A stretch of DNA of 64,000 nucleotides from Leptolyngbyaceae cyanobacterium. GTDB lineage: Bacteria > Cyanobacteriota > Cyanobacteriia > Phormidesmidales > Phormidesmidaceae. The stretch's first letter is position 1. Every line of letters starts with the position of its first letter. The stretch covers positions 126,032-190,031 of the forward strand of contig JBHJHA010000011.1 of the NCBI GenBank assembly GCA_050331235.1, read 5' to 3'. This document shows positions 1 through 9,778 of this stretch, piece by piece. Below the pieces are notes generated by a model, which had not been told where the DNA came from, did no database searches, and was given only the letters and a program-made list of their open reading frames with translations. The position numbers were made by a program, and so were the translations under genes.

Positions 1-244
1 GTATTCGTCAGGTATTTTGCCTTGGAAGCCAATGTAGTTATAGATGTTGCAAAACAGCAATGGGGATTAGGAACTCCACGAAAGTGAGCATAAATACAAA
101 CGAACTGGGAGCGCGGCGGCGGCTTCATAAAGGATGACGCCAAGGGGAAAATGATTTCTGGGAAAATCACAAACCCTAAACAATAACTACTGATGCTGCA
201 GGTAGTGTAAGGCCAGCCAGCAACTCAGGACCGAGAGAGCAACT

Positions 245-1024
245 TCACCGCTGAATCAACACAAAGATTGCGACTGCCAGCACAAAATAGCCAAACCCTT
301 TCTCAAGCTGCTTGGCACTAACAAATCGATTCAAATAAGATCCCACCAAAATTCCTAAACAAGCGGCGGCGGCAAAGGGAAGCAGTAAGCCCCAATCAAT
401 CGGCACGTGACCAAAATATCCAGCAAATCCGGTCACAGATTTGAGGGTGAGAATAATCAGTGATGTTCCCACAGCCTCTTTCATTGGGGTTTTGCCCAAC
501 AACACCAGCGCCGGAATAACGAGAAAGCCACCACCAATGCCAATAAATCCGGTGAGTACCCCTACAACTAAGCCTTCTACTGGAATAGCCAACCATTTTG
601 GCACGATGGCGTGCTGATCATGAGGCTCAACCTTCTCTGAAAGGGCTTCAGATTTTCCGGAGCCTTTGCGAATCATCATGACCGAGGCGACCAGCATCAT
701 GATGCCAAAGGTGACAAGCTGAATCGTTGGGGTAACAAACGGGAACGATGCGAGCCTTGCTCCCAGATAGGCACCAACCATGGCAGCCGGGGCAAACATC
801 GCAACAATACCGAAATTGACATTACCCTGCCGCCAGTGGGGAATGGCTCCAATCAAACTGGCTACCCCAACGATTACCAGCGTCATGGCGAACGCTGATT
901 TGGCAGGTACTGCCATGATGTAAATCAGCACGGGTGCAGCCAGGATCGAACCGCCACCGCCAATAAGTCCGAGACTGATTCCAATACAAACAGCCAGCAA
1001 ATACCCAACAACGGTGATTAACAT
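245..1024 (-). CDS. Sulfite exporter TauE/SafE family membrane protein
   Basis: Two repeats of the Gly-rich motif (GLIGGGGSIL, GFIGIGGGFL...P) and about 8 hydrophobic segments. Start moved to the ATG at 1024 (MLITVVG); the ORF track extends to 1102. Confidence 0.9.
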   Translation of the reverse strand: MLITVVGYLLAVCIGISLGLIGGGGSILAAPVLIYIMAVPAKSAFAMTLVIVGVASLIGAIPHWRQGNVNFGIVAMFAPAAMVGAYLGARLASFPFVTPTIQLVTFGIMMLVASVMMIRKGSGKSEALSEKVEPHDQHAIVPKWLAIPVEGLVVGVLTGFIGIGGGFLVIPALVLLGKTPMKEAVGTSLIILTLKSVTGFAGYFGHVPIDWGLLLPFAAAACLGILVGSYLNRFVSAKQLEKGFGYFVLAVAIFVLIQR

Positions 1025-1177
1025 AGGCTGACATTTCCCAATTAGGGTTAAACGTGGCGATCGCGGCATTCGTGGCATGACCAAGGGCATGATTTGCATC
1101 ACCCAACTGCCATTTCGAAAAAGACACTAAGGTTCGCAAAAAATAGGACGTTCCCAAGAATGTCCTTCCAGATCGAC

Positions 1178-1747
1178 CTATTGGTTCCAGGGCATCTGAG
1201 CTAACAGCATCCCCAAAGCGCAGGTATCAGTAATCCCAGCAAAGACCAGGCCAACACCGACAAAGCCGCTAAGCAGCAAGAACCAAGGCGATATGAGCGC
1301 CCCTAAAATAGTGCCAATCACCACAAATGAACCCGCAACAATTTGTACCTGGCGGAATATACTAATGGGCGCGTTCTTGCCGGTTTGGGTAGGATAGTTT
1401 GCTGCTTCCCAAGCCAGTAATCCGCCTTCTAAATGCGTGACGTTTGAGACTCCCGCCTTGAATAGTTTCTGGGCGGCCTGAGTAGAGCGAGAGCCAGTTC
1501 GACAGTACAAAACAGTCGATTTATCAGCGTCAAAAGGAACACTGTCTGGGTCAAATTTTGACAGTGGCATTGGTATCGAACCTGGAATCTTTTTGCCGGC
1601 ATGCTCAACGGACTCACGCACATCCACTAAATTGACGGATTGCTGATCGAGCCGTTTATTCAGATCTACCGGACTCATTTCATACAATTCCTGCTGCCCC
1701 ACCCAAGGCGATAACGGGCTCGGGTCTGCTTTACTCACACGGGTCAT
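1178..1747 (-). CDS. Rhodanese domain protein with C-terminal DUF2892 membrane anchor (YgaP-like)
   Basis: LVDVRE, active-site YCRTGSRS, LEGGLLAW, then two TM helices ending GITDTCALGMLLAQMPWN. Confidence 0.9.
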   Translation of the reverse strand: MTRVSKADPSPLSPWVGQQELYEMSPVDLNKRLDQQSVNLVDVRESVEHAGKKIPGSIPMPLSKFDPDSVPFDADKSTVLYCRTGSRSTQAAQKLFKAGVSNVTHLEGGLLAWEAANYPTQTGKNAPISIFRQVQIVAGSFVVIGTILGALISPWFLLLSGFVGVGLVFAGITDTCALGMLLAQMPWNQ

Positions 1748-1793
1748 TCTCGTCTCCTCATCTAAGTACTTGCTAAGAATGAATTGTTGGCAT

Positions 1794-2495
1794 CTAGCTC
1801 GTCACAGGTACGCTGCCGCATCGCTCATTAGCCGGAACTGCTTCCATGATCTTCTTTGGATCTGGCAGGTCCAAATTTTCCATAAACTCAATGAACTGAT
1901 CACGCGTCCGCCCCGCAAAGCGAGGATTCCACGCCTTTTCTTCGGCAATAGTGGATACGCTATGTCCTCGATAATCATGGGCCGGATAAACGAGGGTGCT
2001 GTCTGGCAGGGAAAACAGGTTTTGAGTCACTGAGTCATAGAGTGTGCCGGCATCACCACTTTGAAAATCAGTCCGTCCACAGCCTCGGATGAATAAAGCG
2101 TCGCCGGTCAGAACTCTGTCACCGTTTACCCAGTACGCCAGATGGCTGTCAGTGTGCCCCAGAGTCGCGATCGCTTGAATCTCAACACTGCCAACCTTGA
2201 GGCTGTCCCCATGACGCATCAGACGGCTAGCGCAGGAAACTTGAGCATTTTCTGGCACAATCCCCTCACAACCTGTCAACTCTCGCAGCTTACCGGCACC
2301 CGTAATGTGGTCAGCATGAACATGGGTATCCAAGCAATATTTCAAAGTCAATCCCAACTCATTCAAGAGCTTGTAGTCTCGCTCCACCTGCTCAAGCACT
2401 GGATCGACTAGCGCAGCTTCCTTGGTGTTGAGATCAGCGATCAAATAGGTATAGGTCCAGGTTTCTTGGTCAAACAATTGCCGGAATAGCATCAC
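1794..2495 (-). CDS. MBL-fold persulfide dioxygenase (ETHE1/glyoxalase II-like)
   Basis: LFRQLFD..TYTY start, THVHADH, GHT, TGDALFIRGCGRTDFQ, YPAHDY, NPR and AVPAN..CG; lies beside rhodanese and TauE genes. Confidence 0.92.
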   Translation of the reverse strand: MMLFRQLFDQETWTYTYLIADLNTKEAALVDPVLEQVERDYKLLNELGLTLKYCLDTHVHADHITGAGKLRELTGCEGIVPENAQVSCASRLMRHGDSLKVGSVEIQAIATLGHTDSHLAYWVNGDRVLTGDALFIRGCGRTDFQSGDAGTLYDSVTQNLFSLPDSTLVYPAHDYRGHSVSTIAEEKAWNPRFAGRTRDQFIEFMENLDLPDPKKIMEAVPANERCGSVPVTS

Positions 2496-2587
2496 TTTTC
2501 ACCTCGTTCAATAGAAGCCAAGAGCAGCAGGGTGACAGACAAACCCGCAACCGCCCCTTAAACGCTTCAACAATCTCATTATTCATC

Positions 2588-2605
2588 ATATCACTATATA
2601 GTAAT
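2588..2605. promoter_or_regulatory. Candidate ArsR operator upstream of the persulfide dioxygenase operon
   Basis: ATATCACTATATAGTAAT contains the palindrome ACTATATAGT and matches 3390-3407 (upstream of the ArsR gene) at 14/18 positions. Confidence 0.5.
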
Positions 2606-2939
2606 TTAATTTGCAATCATGCGGTTGTCAAGCGCATCTCTAGGCTCAGCTCCCTTCCCAGACATGCAAGTATGACTGCTTAACTATGGGGCGAAACACC
2701 AACTATCGCCTGTCGTAGATTCAGCCCTAGGTTCACGTATGGCCCCAGGAAAGCTAAGGCTGGACGCCAAGGCCCCCTCCCTCAAGCGACAATAGATGTC
2801 AGCCAACTGCGAGAATTCAGCATTCCTTCCGCCATGGTTCCATGTCACCCAGCCCCAGACATGCCCCTGACTTAGCGTGAGCCAAAGCATCCAGTGGGTT
2901 GCTATTCACAGCAGATTGGTGAGGGCTTTGACTGGAAAC

Positions 2940-3347
2940 CTAAGGAACTTTTCGCAACTGAGAGAGCTGTTGGACTCGCTGACTCTGTTGCTCAGCCTGC
3001 AGAGTCAGGGCGTCACAAACGAGGTCGCACAACTCAAACAGAAAGGGGTTGGCGATACTGTAGTAAACACATACGCCACGCTGTTCTCTAGATACCACCT
3101 TGGCTTGAGTCAACATTTTGAGGTGCTTAGACACATTCGCCTGCCCTAACCCCGTTTCCTCAATGATTTCAGTCACGTTTTTAGCTCCCATCTTGAGAGC
3201 ACAAACAATTTGCAGCCGACTCACTTCTGACAACACCTTAAAGAAGTCAGCCATCAAGCCCAATGCCTCTGGAGTGAGTTTGGACATGCTGCGTTCTTCC
3301 GATCTGTTTTGAGGGGCAGCGGTGTTATCGGCTAACTTTGTAGGCAT
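2940..3347 (-). CDS. ArsR/SmtB family transcriptional repressor, BigR/SqrR-like
   Basis: FKVLSEVSRLQIVCAL, QANVSKHL helix-turn-helix and REQRG..VYYSI; Cys in helix 2 and in the C-terminal helix (ELCDLVCD). Confidence 0.88.
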   Translation of the reverse strand: MPTKLADNTAAPQNRSEERSMSKLTPEALGLMADFFKVLSEVSRLQIVCALKMGAKNVTEIIEETGLGQANVSKHLKMLTQAKVVSREQRGVCVYYSIANPFLFELCDLVCDALTLQAEQQSQRVQQLSQLRKVP

Positions 3348-3389
3348 AAAAAGGCTTATTAGTCAGTTCACAACATGACATTCATTACT

Positions 3390-3407
3390 ATATTACTTCA
3401 TAGTAGT
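3390..3407. promoter_or_regulatory. Candidate ArsR autoregulatory operator
   Basis: ATATTACTTCATAGTAGT, about 43 bp upstream of the ArsR start; similar to 2588-2605. Confidence 0.45.
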
Positions 3408-3784
3408 TCGGCATGTAAGCAACGCGGCTGTTAGGACCCAACAAACGCATCCCTGAGTCAAAAGGACTTGGAGCAGATGGGCGTTGTCCCCTACCGCTTG
3501 GAGGCACTACGTTGTTTCTCGATGTTTCTAGGACTGTATTAATATCCATGAGCTCCGTGGACCACAGCATAGATTGACATTGCAGCTATCGTTAGGCCTC
3601 CTTCTACAAACCCAATACACATTCGCCAATGGCGATCGCAGATATCACTGAGGTGGCTGATATCCATATAGAAAGCCGCTGAACCCAGACGCTTTGCTAG
3701 CGCTTCAGCAAAGCCAATCACCTTTTTGTTGGCAGCGAAATATCCCAGAAAATAAAATATACAATTGATGCCAAATTCATTTTT

Positions 3785-4285
3785 TTGCTAATGATAAATT
3801 CAGATTGGATAACGGTAAATGGCTTAGTCAAGCCAGGGCATCAGATTGCTTCAGGCAAATCAGAAAACAGCCCCTACGAAAAAGGTAGCCTGGAAATTCA
3901 GTTGCCTTACTTTCAAAAACTTGGGCTTGATCTTAAAGAGTTTTACTTAGGCACCATCAATGTTTCTATCACACCCTACACCTGTGAGCTAGTCAGGCCA
4001 AAATTCACCTTTGAGCTAGTCAAATGGCATGCCGACTATCCAGCAGAGACGTTTTCTTTCTCTCCCTGTATCGTTGCGCATCATGACAAAAGCTTTCAGG
4101 GTCTTGTCTACTATCCGCACCCAGAAACTAAAATCGGGCATTTTCAAGATTCTTCAATTATTGAGGTTATTGCGCCTCTTTTTTCGGGAATGGAATATGG
4201 CGATCGCTTAACTTTACAACTCAATCCGCAAGAGATTCGGCTAATCAAAAACGAGCACAAAGCAAACGCGCCATCAAGTTTTTGA
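3785..4285 (+). CDS. Hypothetical protein, possibly CTP-dependent riboflavin kinase-like fold
   Basis: Protein-like ORF with GLVKPGHQIASG, LGLDL..F.LGTINV and IEVIAP....YGDRL. The exact start is uncertain. Confidence 0.7.
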   Translation: MLMINSDWITVNGLVKPGHQIASGKSENSPYEKGSLEIQLPYFQKLGLDLKEFYLGTINVSITPYTCELVRPKFTFELVKWHADYPAETFSFSPCIVAHHDKSFQGLVYYPHPETKIGHFQDSSIIEVIAPLFSGMEYGDRLTLQLNPQEIRLIKNEHKANAPSSF

Positions 4286-4432
4286 CCAGTAGATCGCTGC
4301 AACGGTTTTAGGGTTTGACGACCTACCGATCGCAGAATGGATGTCGGTGAGTAGACATTTTGGATCGCACTTAAAACTCTATTTCAGCCGCCTGCCTTAA
4401 CAAGATTGCGTACAAATTTTCAGGAATGAAAG

Positions 4433-5407
4433 ATGACAGAAGCCATTATTTGCTTAGGAGAATGTTTAGTTGATCGCCTCTTTGAGGTGGGTAAAAATCC
4501 CCAACAGACTTCAAAAAAGTGGACCGATTATCCTGGTGGGGCACCGGCTAACGTCGCTACCGCGATCGCCAAACTCGGCACCCCCACCCGTATGGTGGGC
4601 TGCTTGGGTCAAGATCACCTAGGCGACTGGTTGGTTCAAGTCGTAGAAGGCCAAGGCGTTCGGTGCCAGATGCAGCGAGTCGCCACGGCCCCAACTCGGA
4701 TCGTCTTGGTGGAACGGGATGCAACCGGCGATCGCAAGTTTGTAGGCTTTAGCGATCCAGATCCAGCTACCTTTGCCGACGCCCAGCTCACCCCCAAATG
4801 GATTGACGCTATCGATTTTACTGGAGCGGATTATCTGGTGATGGGCACGCTGGGATTGGCCTACCCCAGTACGGCTAGGGCGATGAATCGAGCACGGACT
4901 AAAGCCCAACAGGCCGGAGCAAAAATTGTCATTGACTTGAACTGGCGTCCAGTGTTTTGGCCCGACGCCGCGATCGCCGCTGAAACCATCCGGACATTTT
5001 TGCCCGCTGCTGATTTACTCAAACTTTCCCTCGAAGAAGCCCAGTGGCTGCTAAATACCGACTCTGCCGCTGAAGTCTGCCAACAGTTCTCTAATTTGCA
5101 GGCGGTACTGCTCACCGATGGAGAAAATGGCAGCACCTGCGCCACGCAACACCACAGCGTATCGCTACCGGCCTTTGCGGTGGACAGCATCGACACGACC
5201 GGAGCTGGAGATGCCTTTTTGGCGGGAATTCTGCAGCAGCTTTGTCAACGTGGTTGGGAGAGCTTGCAGGTCACTAGTGAGATTGAAGAGATTCTACGGT
5301 ATGCCAGTGCAGTCGGGGCGTTAACAACGACGAAGCCGGGGGCGATCGCCGCCCAACCGTCCCCCCCTGAAGTCTATACATTGCTACAGTCCTATTCCTG
5401 CAACTAG
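4433..5407 (+). CDS. PfkB family carbohydrate kinase (fructokinase-like)
   Basis: GGAPANVA, DLNWRPVFW and DTTGAGDAF PfkB signatures. Confidence 0.95.
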   Translation: MTEAIICLGECLVDRLFEVGKNPQQTSKKWTDYPGGAPANVATAIAKLGTPTRMVGCLGQDHLGDWLVQVVEGQGVRCQMQRVATAPTRIVLVERDATGDRKFVGFSDPDPATFADAQLTPKWIDAIDFTGADYLVMGTLGLAYPSTARAMNRARTKAQQAGAKIVIDLNWRPVFWPDAAIAAETIRTFLPAADLLKLSLEEAQWLLNTDSAAEVCQQFSNLQAVLLTDGENGSTCATQHHSVSLPAFAVDSIDTTGAGDAFLAGILQQLCQRGWESLQVTSEIEEILRYASAVGALTTTKPGAIAAQPSPPEVYTLLQSYSCN

Positions 5408-5760
5408 ATTTCCCTGCCGTATCATGCCGTCCCAATAAACTACCTGTACAGCGATCGCGAGCCGCAAACTGGTGGGTCCCGTTTCAATCGCCGGCTTGCC
5501 TATGATGAGAGCCTTTCTGGCACCTCGGACTTTGCATCCTCCTACCCTCCAGATCTGGAGCGGCGGTTGCCCTCGATACATAAACCAGTTGCCGGCGACA
5601 ACCTGGAACACCAGCCCTGTCTGACTTGGCCCAGATAGACCGATGCGGGCGACCTTGAGACTGCTAACACCAATCAGAGGGCTTGAGTTTTGCTCTAAGG
5701 CTCAAACCACAAGCCTTGCAAACATTGCCATACCAGGCTCCCAGGTCAGTCAACGTCGAA

Positions 5761-5833
<73 letters not shown>

Positions 5834-6129
5834 CCACCCAGTCAAGTGTGTTTTCACATCACAAGACTGACTCTATTATCTACCCTCTGGCAAAATCAGC
5901 AACCATCGAAGGAACTGGTGCAATCGGCCAATAGCAGCTGATGCAAAGTTTCCAGTATTCGTGCTGGCGAAACGTTGCGATGGGCTAATGTAAGGTATCA
6001 CTAATGTATGGTTAGTTGCCTTGCTGCTCTCAGCTTTGAGAGTTGCGTTTGCCTAATCAGAATGAGCTGTCAGGGGCGATCGCCCCTGAAGTTTTCTGAG
6101 TTGATACCCCAGACACGAATCGCTGCATC

Positions 6130-6795
6130 ATGTTCATTCTCAAGCGACAGGATGTTGACATTAAGAACGTTCAGCATCCCAGTAAGGATCAGCCTATTCC
6201 TATTTTGTATTATCAGGGGCAAACGTTTCGGCTACTGAGTGTGTTTGCTGCTGCCCAAGAAGAAGAGGCCATGGCCCTGTGGCGCGACCTGACTGACAAC
6301 CGAGGTAAAGCCTGCGTATTACTGGAAGAAGCTCAGCGCTTTAGCATCTGGGGTAAAATCCGCCTCGAGGCCCTGGGTAATGAGGCCGGACAAGAGACGG
6401 ATCGTCCTGCGGATCAATCTCTGATTCAGGGATGCCTGCTCATTTTGCAAGCGCTGTTCATCGACATTGAAGACCTCCTCGGCAGCAAACAAGCCAATTT
6501 ATTTGAGCAAGAAATTGCCAGTGCGTTAATGCAGTGGCGCTTTCCCCATGTGAGCTCGGAAAAAGCCGTTAGTCATCTCCTCACGATGGATCCTCTGGCT
6601 ACCCAGGTTCCTCCTTGGGAAGAGCATCACTTGCTGCGTCTACTCGAAGAACTGCATCGATTGGGCAAAGATGCCTTCGGCAATGCCAACTTTACCGAAC
6701 GCTCTCTGGATGCTCTGGAAGATTTATCTGCTGGCGATCGCCAGCAGTTCACTTCATGGCTATCGACCTCGCCCCCTGGCAAGCTGTGGCAGTAA
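6130..6795 (+). CDS. Conserved cyanobacterial protein (Npun_F0813-like family)
   Basis: Recognisable N-terminus MFILKRQDV...QPIPILYYQGQTFRL...WRDLTDNRGKACVLLEE. Confidence 0.8.
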   Translation: MFILKRQDVDIKNVQHPSKDQPIPILYYQGQTFRLLSVFAAAQEEEAMALWRDLTDNRGKACVLLEEAQRFSIWGKIRLEALGNEAGQETDRPADQSLIQGCLLILQALFIDIEDLLGSKQANLFEQEIASALMQWRFPHVSSEKAVSHLLTMDPLATQVPPWEEHHLLRLLEELHRLGKDAFGNANFTERSLDALEDLSAGDRQQFTSWLSTSPPGKLWQ

Positions 6796-6993
6796 TCCAG
6801 CTCATCACAAAAGATTCAAGCATTTCTCTCCGAAGCTTTTTCGCACCGTGCCGCTGCAGCCCGCAGTCCCTAATCAGTCGCTTTATTGCGTGCGGCAGGT
6901 TTTTTGCACCAAATTAGCCATATTGAGGTAAAACAAGACCTACAGGCTGCACTGAGGGGTTCACGTTAGTCATTTAACGGCTGGCGGCAATCC

Positions 6994-8118
6994 ATGCAAA
7001 AGTCCTGTTTTGTCGTGTGCTCTGAGGAGACGTTTCCATTGAGCAAGCAGTCTTCTACCACAGCTTCGTTTTTGTCCAACAACATGCTGATTGTGATTAG
7101 CATTGTTTGGGCGTTGATTGCCGTTTCTTGCTTCTTATTTTTTAGCTATTTGCCAGAGGGGGCCGACTCACGGCCAGATTGGTATCTCAACAGCATCACC
7201 GTGATCGAAACGGGGGCTTTTCTGTTCTCCAGCCTTTTGTGCTTTCGAAACTGGCAGAGTGCGCAAATTGTCAGCGGTCGTAGCGTCTGGCTGACAATCG
7301 CGATAGGGTTGTTACTATACGCCGCTGGCAACCTGTTCTATTATCTCTGGAACAATGTTTTTGGGCTAGATCCATCGGTTTCTTTGGGCGACTTTTTCTA
7401 CCTGTTGTCCTATGTGTTTTTAGCCAACGGCATGCTTCGCGCGGTGTTACCCCGACGGTTAAATCTTGACGCTAAGCAGTGGGGGGTGGTGGCGGTGATC
7501 GGTGTCTTAGGGATTGCTTTAGCCGTGTTCCCTAGCCTTGGCGGTGGCGGTGACGTGGCGATCGCCCCCCCGACCTCATTTACCGAAGCGATCGGGCTTG
7601 AGGCTCCGGCTTGGGCCCAGGAAACGCCCCCCGCCGAGACGCCCCCCGCTGAACCGGCTCCGGCAGATCCGGCAGCGCCTGCCCCCGAAACTTCGGCAGA
7701 TCCGGCTCCGACAGATCCGGTAGCCCCTCCTGATACAGTCCCAGCCGACTCTGCAGCGGTGGAAGCCGCTGACACGGCCCCCGGCTGGGCTGTCAGTCTG
7801 GATGCTTTTTTAGAGCCGTTTGAAGATTTTGTGGGCTATCTCTACATTGCCGGGGACTGTCTGCTGCTTGTGGTGGCCGCAACCTTGCTCGTAGCCTTTT
7901 GGGGCGGCAGATTTTCTCAATCTTGGAAGCTCATCGCGATCGCGGCTTTTTGTCTGTACATTGCCGACATGTTTTTTGCCTATCAGGCCAACTACATCGA
8001 GGGGGCCGTTTGGGAAGTTTTTTGGACCTTTTCGGCCATTTTCTTTGGGCTGGGGGCCGTGGTTGAAAACGCGATTTCAGCCCGATCACGACGTAATCCT
8101 CGACGGCGGCGAGCTTAA
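6994..8118 (+). CDS. Hypothetical polytopic membrane protein with an internal Pro/Ala/acidic linker
   Basis: About 8 hydrophobic segments, a repetitive PAP/ADP loop and a basic C-terminal tail. The start is uncertain. Confidence 0.8.
   Translation: MQKSCFVVCSEETFPLSKQSSTTASFLSNNMLIVISIVWALIAVSCFLFFSYLPEGADSRPDWYLNSITVIETGAFLFSSLLCFRNWQSAQIVSGRSVWLTIAIGLLLYAAGNLFYYLWNNVFGLDPSVSLGDFFYLLSYVFLANGMLRAVLPRRLNLDAKQWGVVAVIGVLGIALAVFPSLGGGGDVAIAPPTSFTEAIGLEAPAWAQETPPAETPPAEPAPADPAAPAPETSADPAPTDPVAPPDTVPADSAAVEAADTAPGWAVSLDAFLEPFEDFVGYLYIAGDCLLLVVAATLLVAFWGGRFSQSWKLIAIAAFCLYIADMFFAYQANYIEGAVWEVFWTFSAIFFGLGAVVENAISARSRRNPRRRRA
7621..7740 (+). repeat. Intragenic imperfect repeats encoding ETPPA x2 and PAPxDP x2
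   Basis: GAAACGCCCCCCGCC/GAGACGCCCCCCGCT and CCGGCTCCGGCAGATCCGGCAGC/CCGGCTCCGACAGATCCGGTAGC. Confidence 0.7.
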
Positions 8119-8157
8119 CCCCATATCATCAGAACTGTCGGCATTGGTCAGTGCCCC

Positions 8158-8440
8158 TTAATGGGCGATTACCCGAGTTCCTCGCGGCTGACCTATTGGG
8201 GCCGCCATGGCAATCATTGGACTCAGAGCACAGATCACGGCTCCGCATGTTAGTGCATTTATTCCATTCAGTTCTGATCTATCAGGCATAAGTCGGTCAC
8301 AGTCATGCCTGGTCAGCATGCTGGCGATCGCTGGTGGAGAAGCGTCAGGCGAATGTATGGTCTGCATCCTGGACCTCGCTGATGACTTTGTCTGTGGGCA
8401 TCGGTTCAAGTTGCTGATGCCAATCGAGTGATGAGCCTAA
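8158..8440 (-). pseudogene. Possible degenerate CBS-domain gene remnant
   Basis: Two frames give LDWHQQL...ISEV and SPDAS.PAIASMLTRH...RL..D..ELNGI..LTCGAVICAL, echoing the second CBS domain of cyanobacterial CBS proteins. Weak similarity. Confidence 0.3.
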
Positions 8441-8765
8441 AGCTCTGGAACATAGACATGAAAAATTGGCCGTGTCAGCAGCAGCGCCACCTCTATTCAG
8501 GGATAGCATTCGAGTCAGGCTTTGACCACAAGTTTGGTTAAACCCTATGCCTTCCCGGAAAAATGCTGATAAAACCAGCTCCAATTTCAGCGAACCCGGC
8601 AACCAGGGCAACCTTCGCGAGACCGTCATGGGACCGCAAGGGGAAAGAAAAGATTAAGGACAACTGGCGCAAAATCCACTACGGTAAACAACGAGAACCT
8701 TATCCCCCTTGTGGTCGGAAATTAGTTGCCGCAGTTTTCCTCAGCGCAGCCATAGGAGCCCTATC

Positions 8766-9686
8766 GTGACCCCTGATAATGAGCCACAATTGGAAAATGA
8801 CTGGTTAGTGGCTGAACTCCAAGACACCCTCGACGAAGATTATGAGCTCGAGCTCGAAGATGCCCAGCTCTCCTTAGAAATCAAAAAGATCTATCAAGGC
8901 AAACACCAAGACACGCTGCCGCGACAAGATTATTTCTTAAATCTGCTCAAACTGCAGTCAGAGCTGATTAAAATGCACGACTGGGTTCAGGAGACCAACG
9001 CTAAGGTCGCCGTCATTTTTGAGGGGCGAGACTCCGCCGGTAAAGGCGGCGTGATTAAACGCATTACCCAGCGGTTGAACCCTCGGGTTTGTCGGGTTGT
9101 AGCCTTACCTAAACCCACAGAACGGGAACAAACCCAATGGTATTTTCAACGCTATGTGCCCCATCTGCCCTCCGGCGGAGAAATCGTTCTCTTTGATCGC
9201 TCTTGGTATAACCGGGCCGGTGTCGAGCGGGTCATGGGGTTTGCGACCCCCGATCAGGTCGAAGCTTTCTTCCGTGATGTGGTGGAGTTCGAGCGGATGT
9301 TGGTGCGCTCTGGCATCATCTTGATCAAATACTGGTTCTCCATTGCGGATGATGAGCAGCAACTCCGCTTCTTGATGCGCATCCATGACCCATTGAAACA
9401 GTGGAAGCTAAGCCCAATGGATTTGCAGTCTCGGGTACGGTGGGAAGACTACACTAAGGCTAAAGAAGAGATGTTTGAACGGACTAACATTTCGGAAGCA
9501 CCTTGGTGGGTGGTGCCTGCCAACGACAAAAAACGGGCCCGTCTCAACTGCATTCAGCATTTGCTCAACCAGGTGCCCTACACAGAGGTGCCCCACGAGA
9601 CGATCCAGCTGCCAAAGCGGGTATTTAATACCGACTATGAACGCCGGACTTTACCAGATGAGCTCTACATTCCCGAATTTTTCTAG
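8766..9686 (+). CDS. ppk2: Polyphosphate kinase 2
   Basis: FEGRDSAGKGG Walker A, FDRSWYNRAGVE Walker B and KQWKLSPMD; GTG start at 8766 preceded by AGGAG. Confidence 0.96.
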   Translation: MTPDNEPQLENDWLVAELQDTLDEDYELELEDAQLSLEIKKIYQGKHQDTLPRQDYFLNLLKLQSELIKMHDWVQETNAKVAVIFEGRDSAGKGGVIKRITQRLNPRVCRVVALPKPTEREQTQWYFQRYVPHLPSGGEIVLFDRSWYNRAGVERVMGFATPDQVEAFFRDVVEFERMLVRSGIILIKYWFSIADDEQQLRFLMRIHDPLKQWKLSPMDLQSRVRWEDYTKAKEEMFERTNISEAPWWVVPANDKKRARLNCIQHLLNQVPYTEVPHETIQLPKRVFNTDYERRTLPDELYIPEFF

Positions 9687-9728
9687 CTTATACCCAAGAA
9701 CTATTTGAGTCACGTTAGCTCTGGTGAT

Positions 9729-9778
9729 GAGGATAAAAGACTGCGATCGCGCCCACCCCGCTAGCAGTCTTTGTCCTC
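9729..9778 (+). terminator. Stem-loop downstream of ppk2 (probable terminator)
   Basis: GAGGATAAAAGACTGC ... GCAGTCTTTGTCCTC inverted repeat, with a HIP1 site at the stem/loop junction. Confidence 0.55.
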
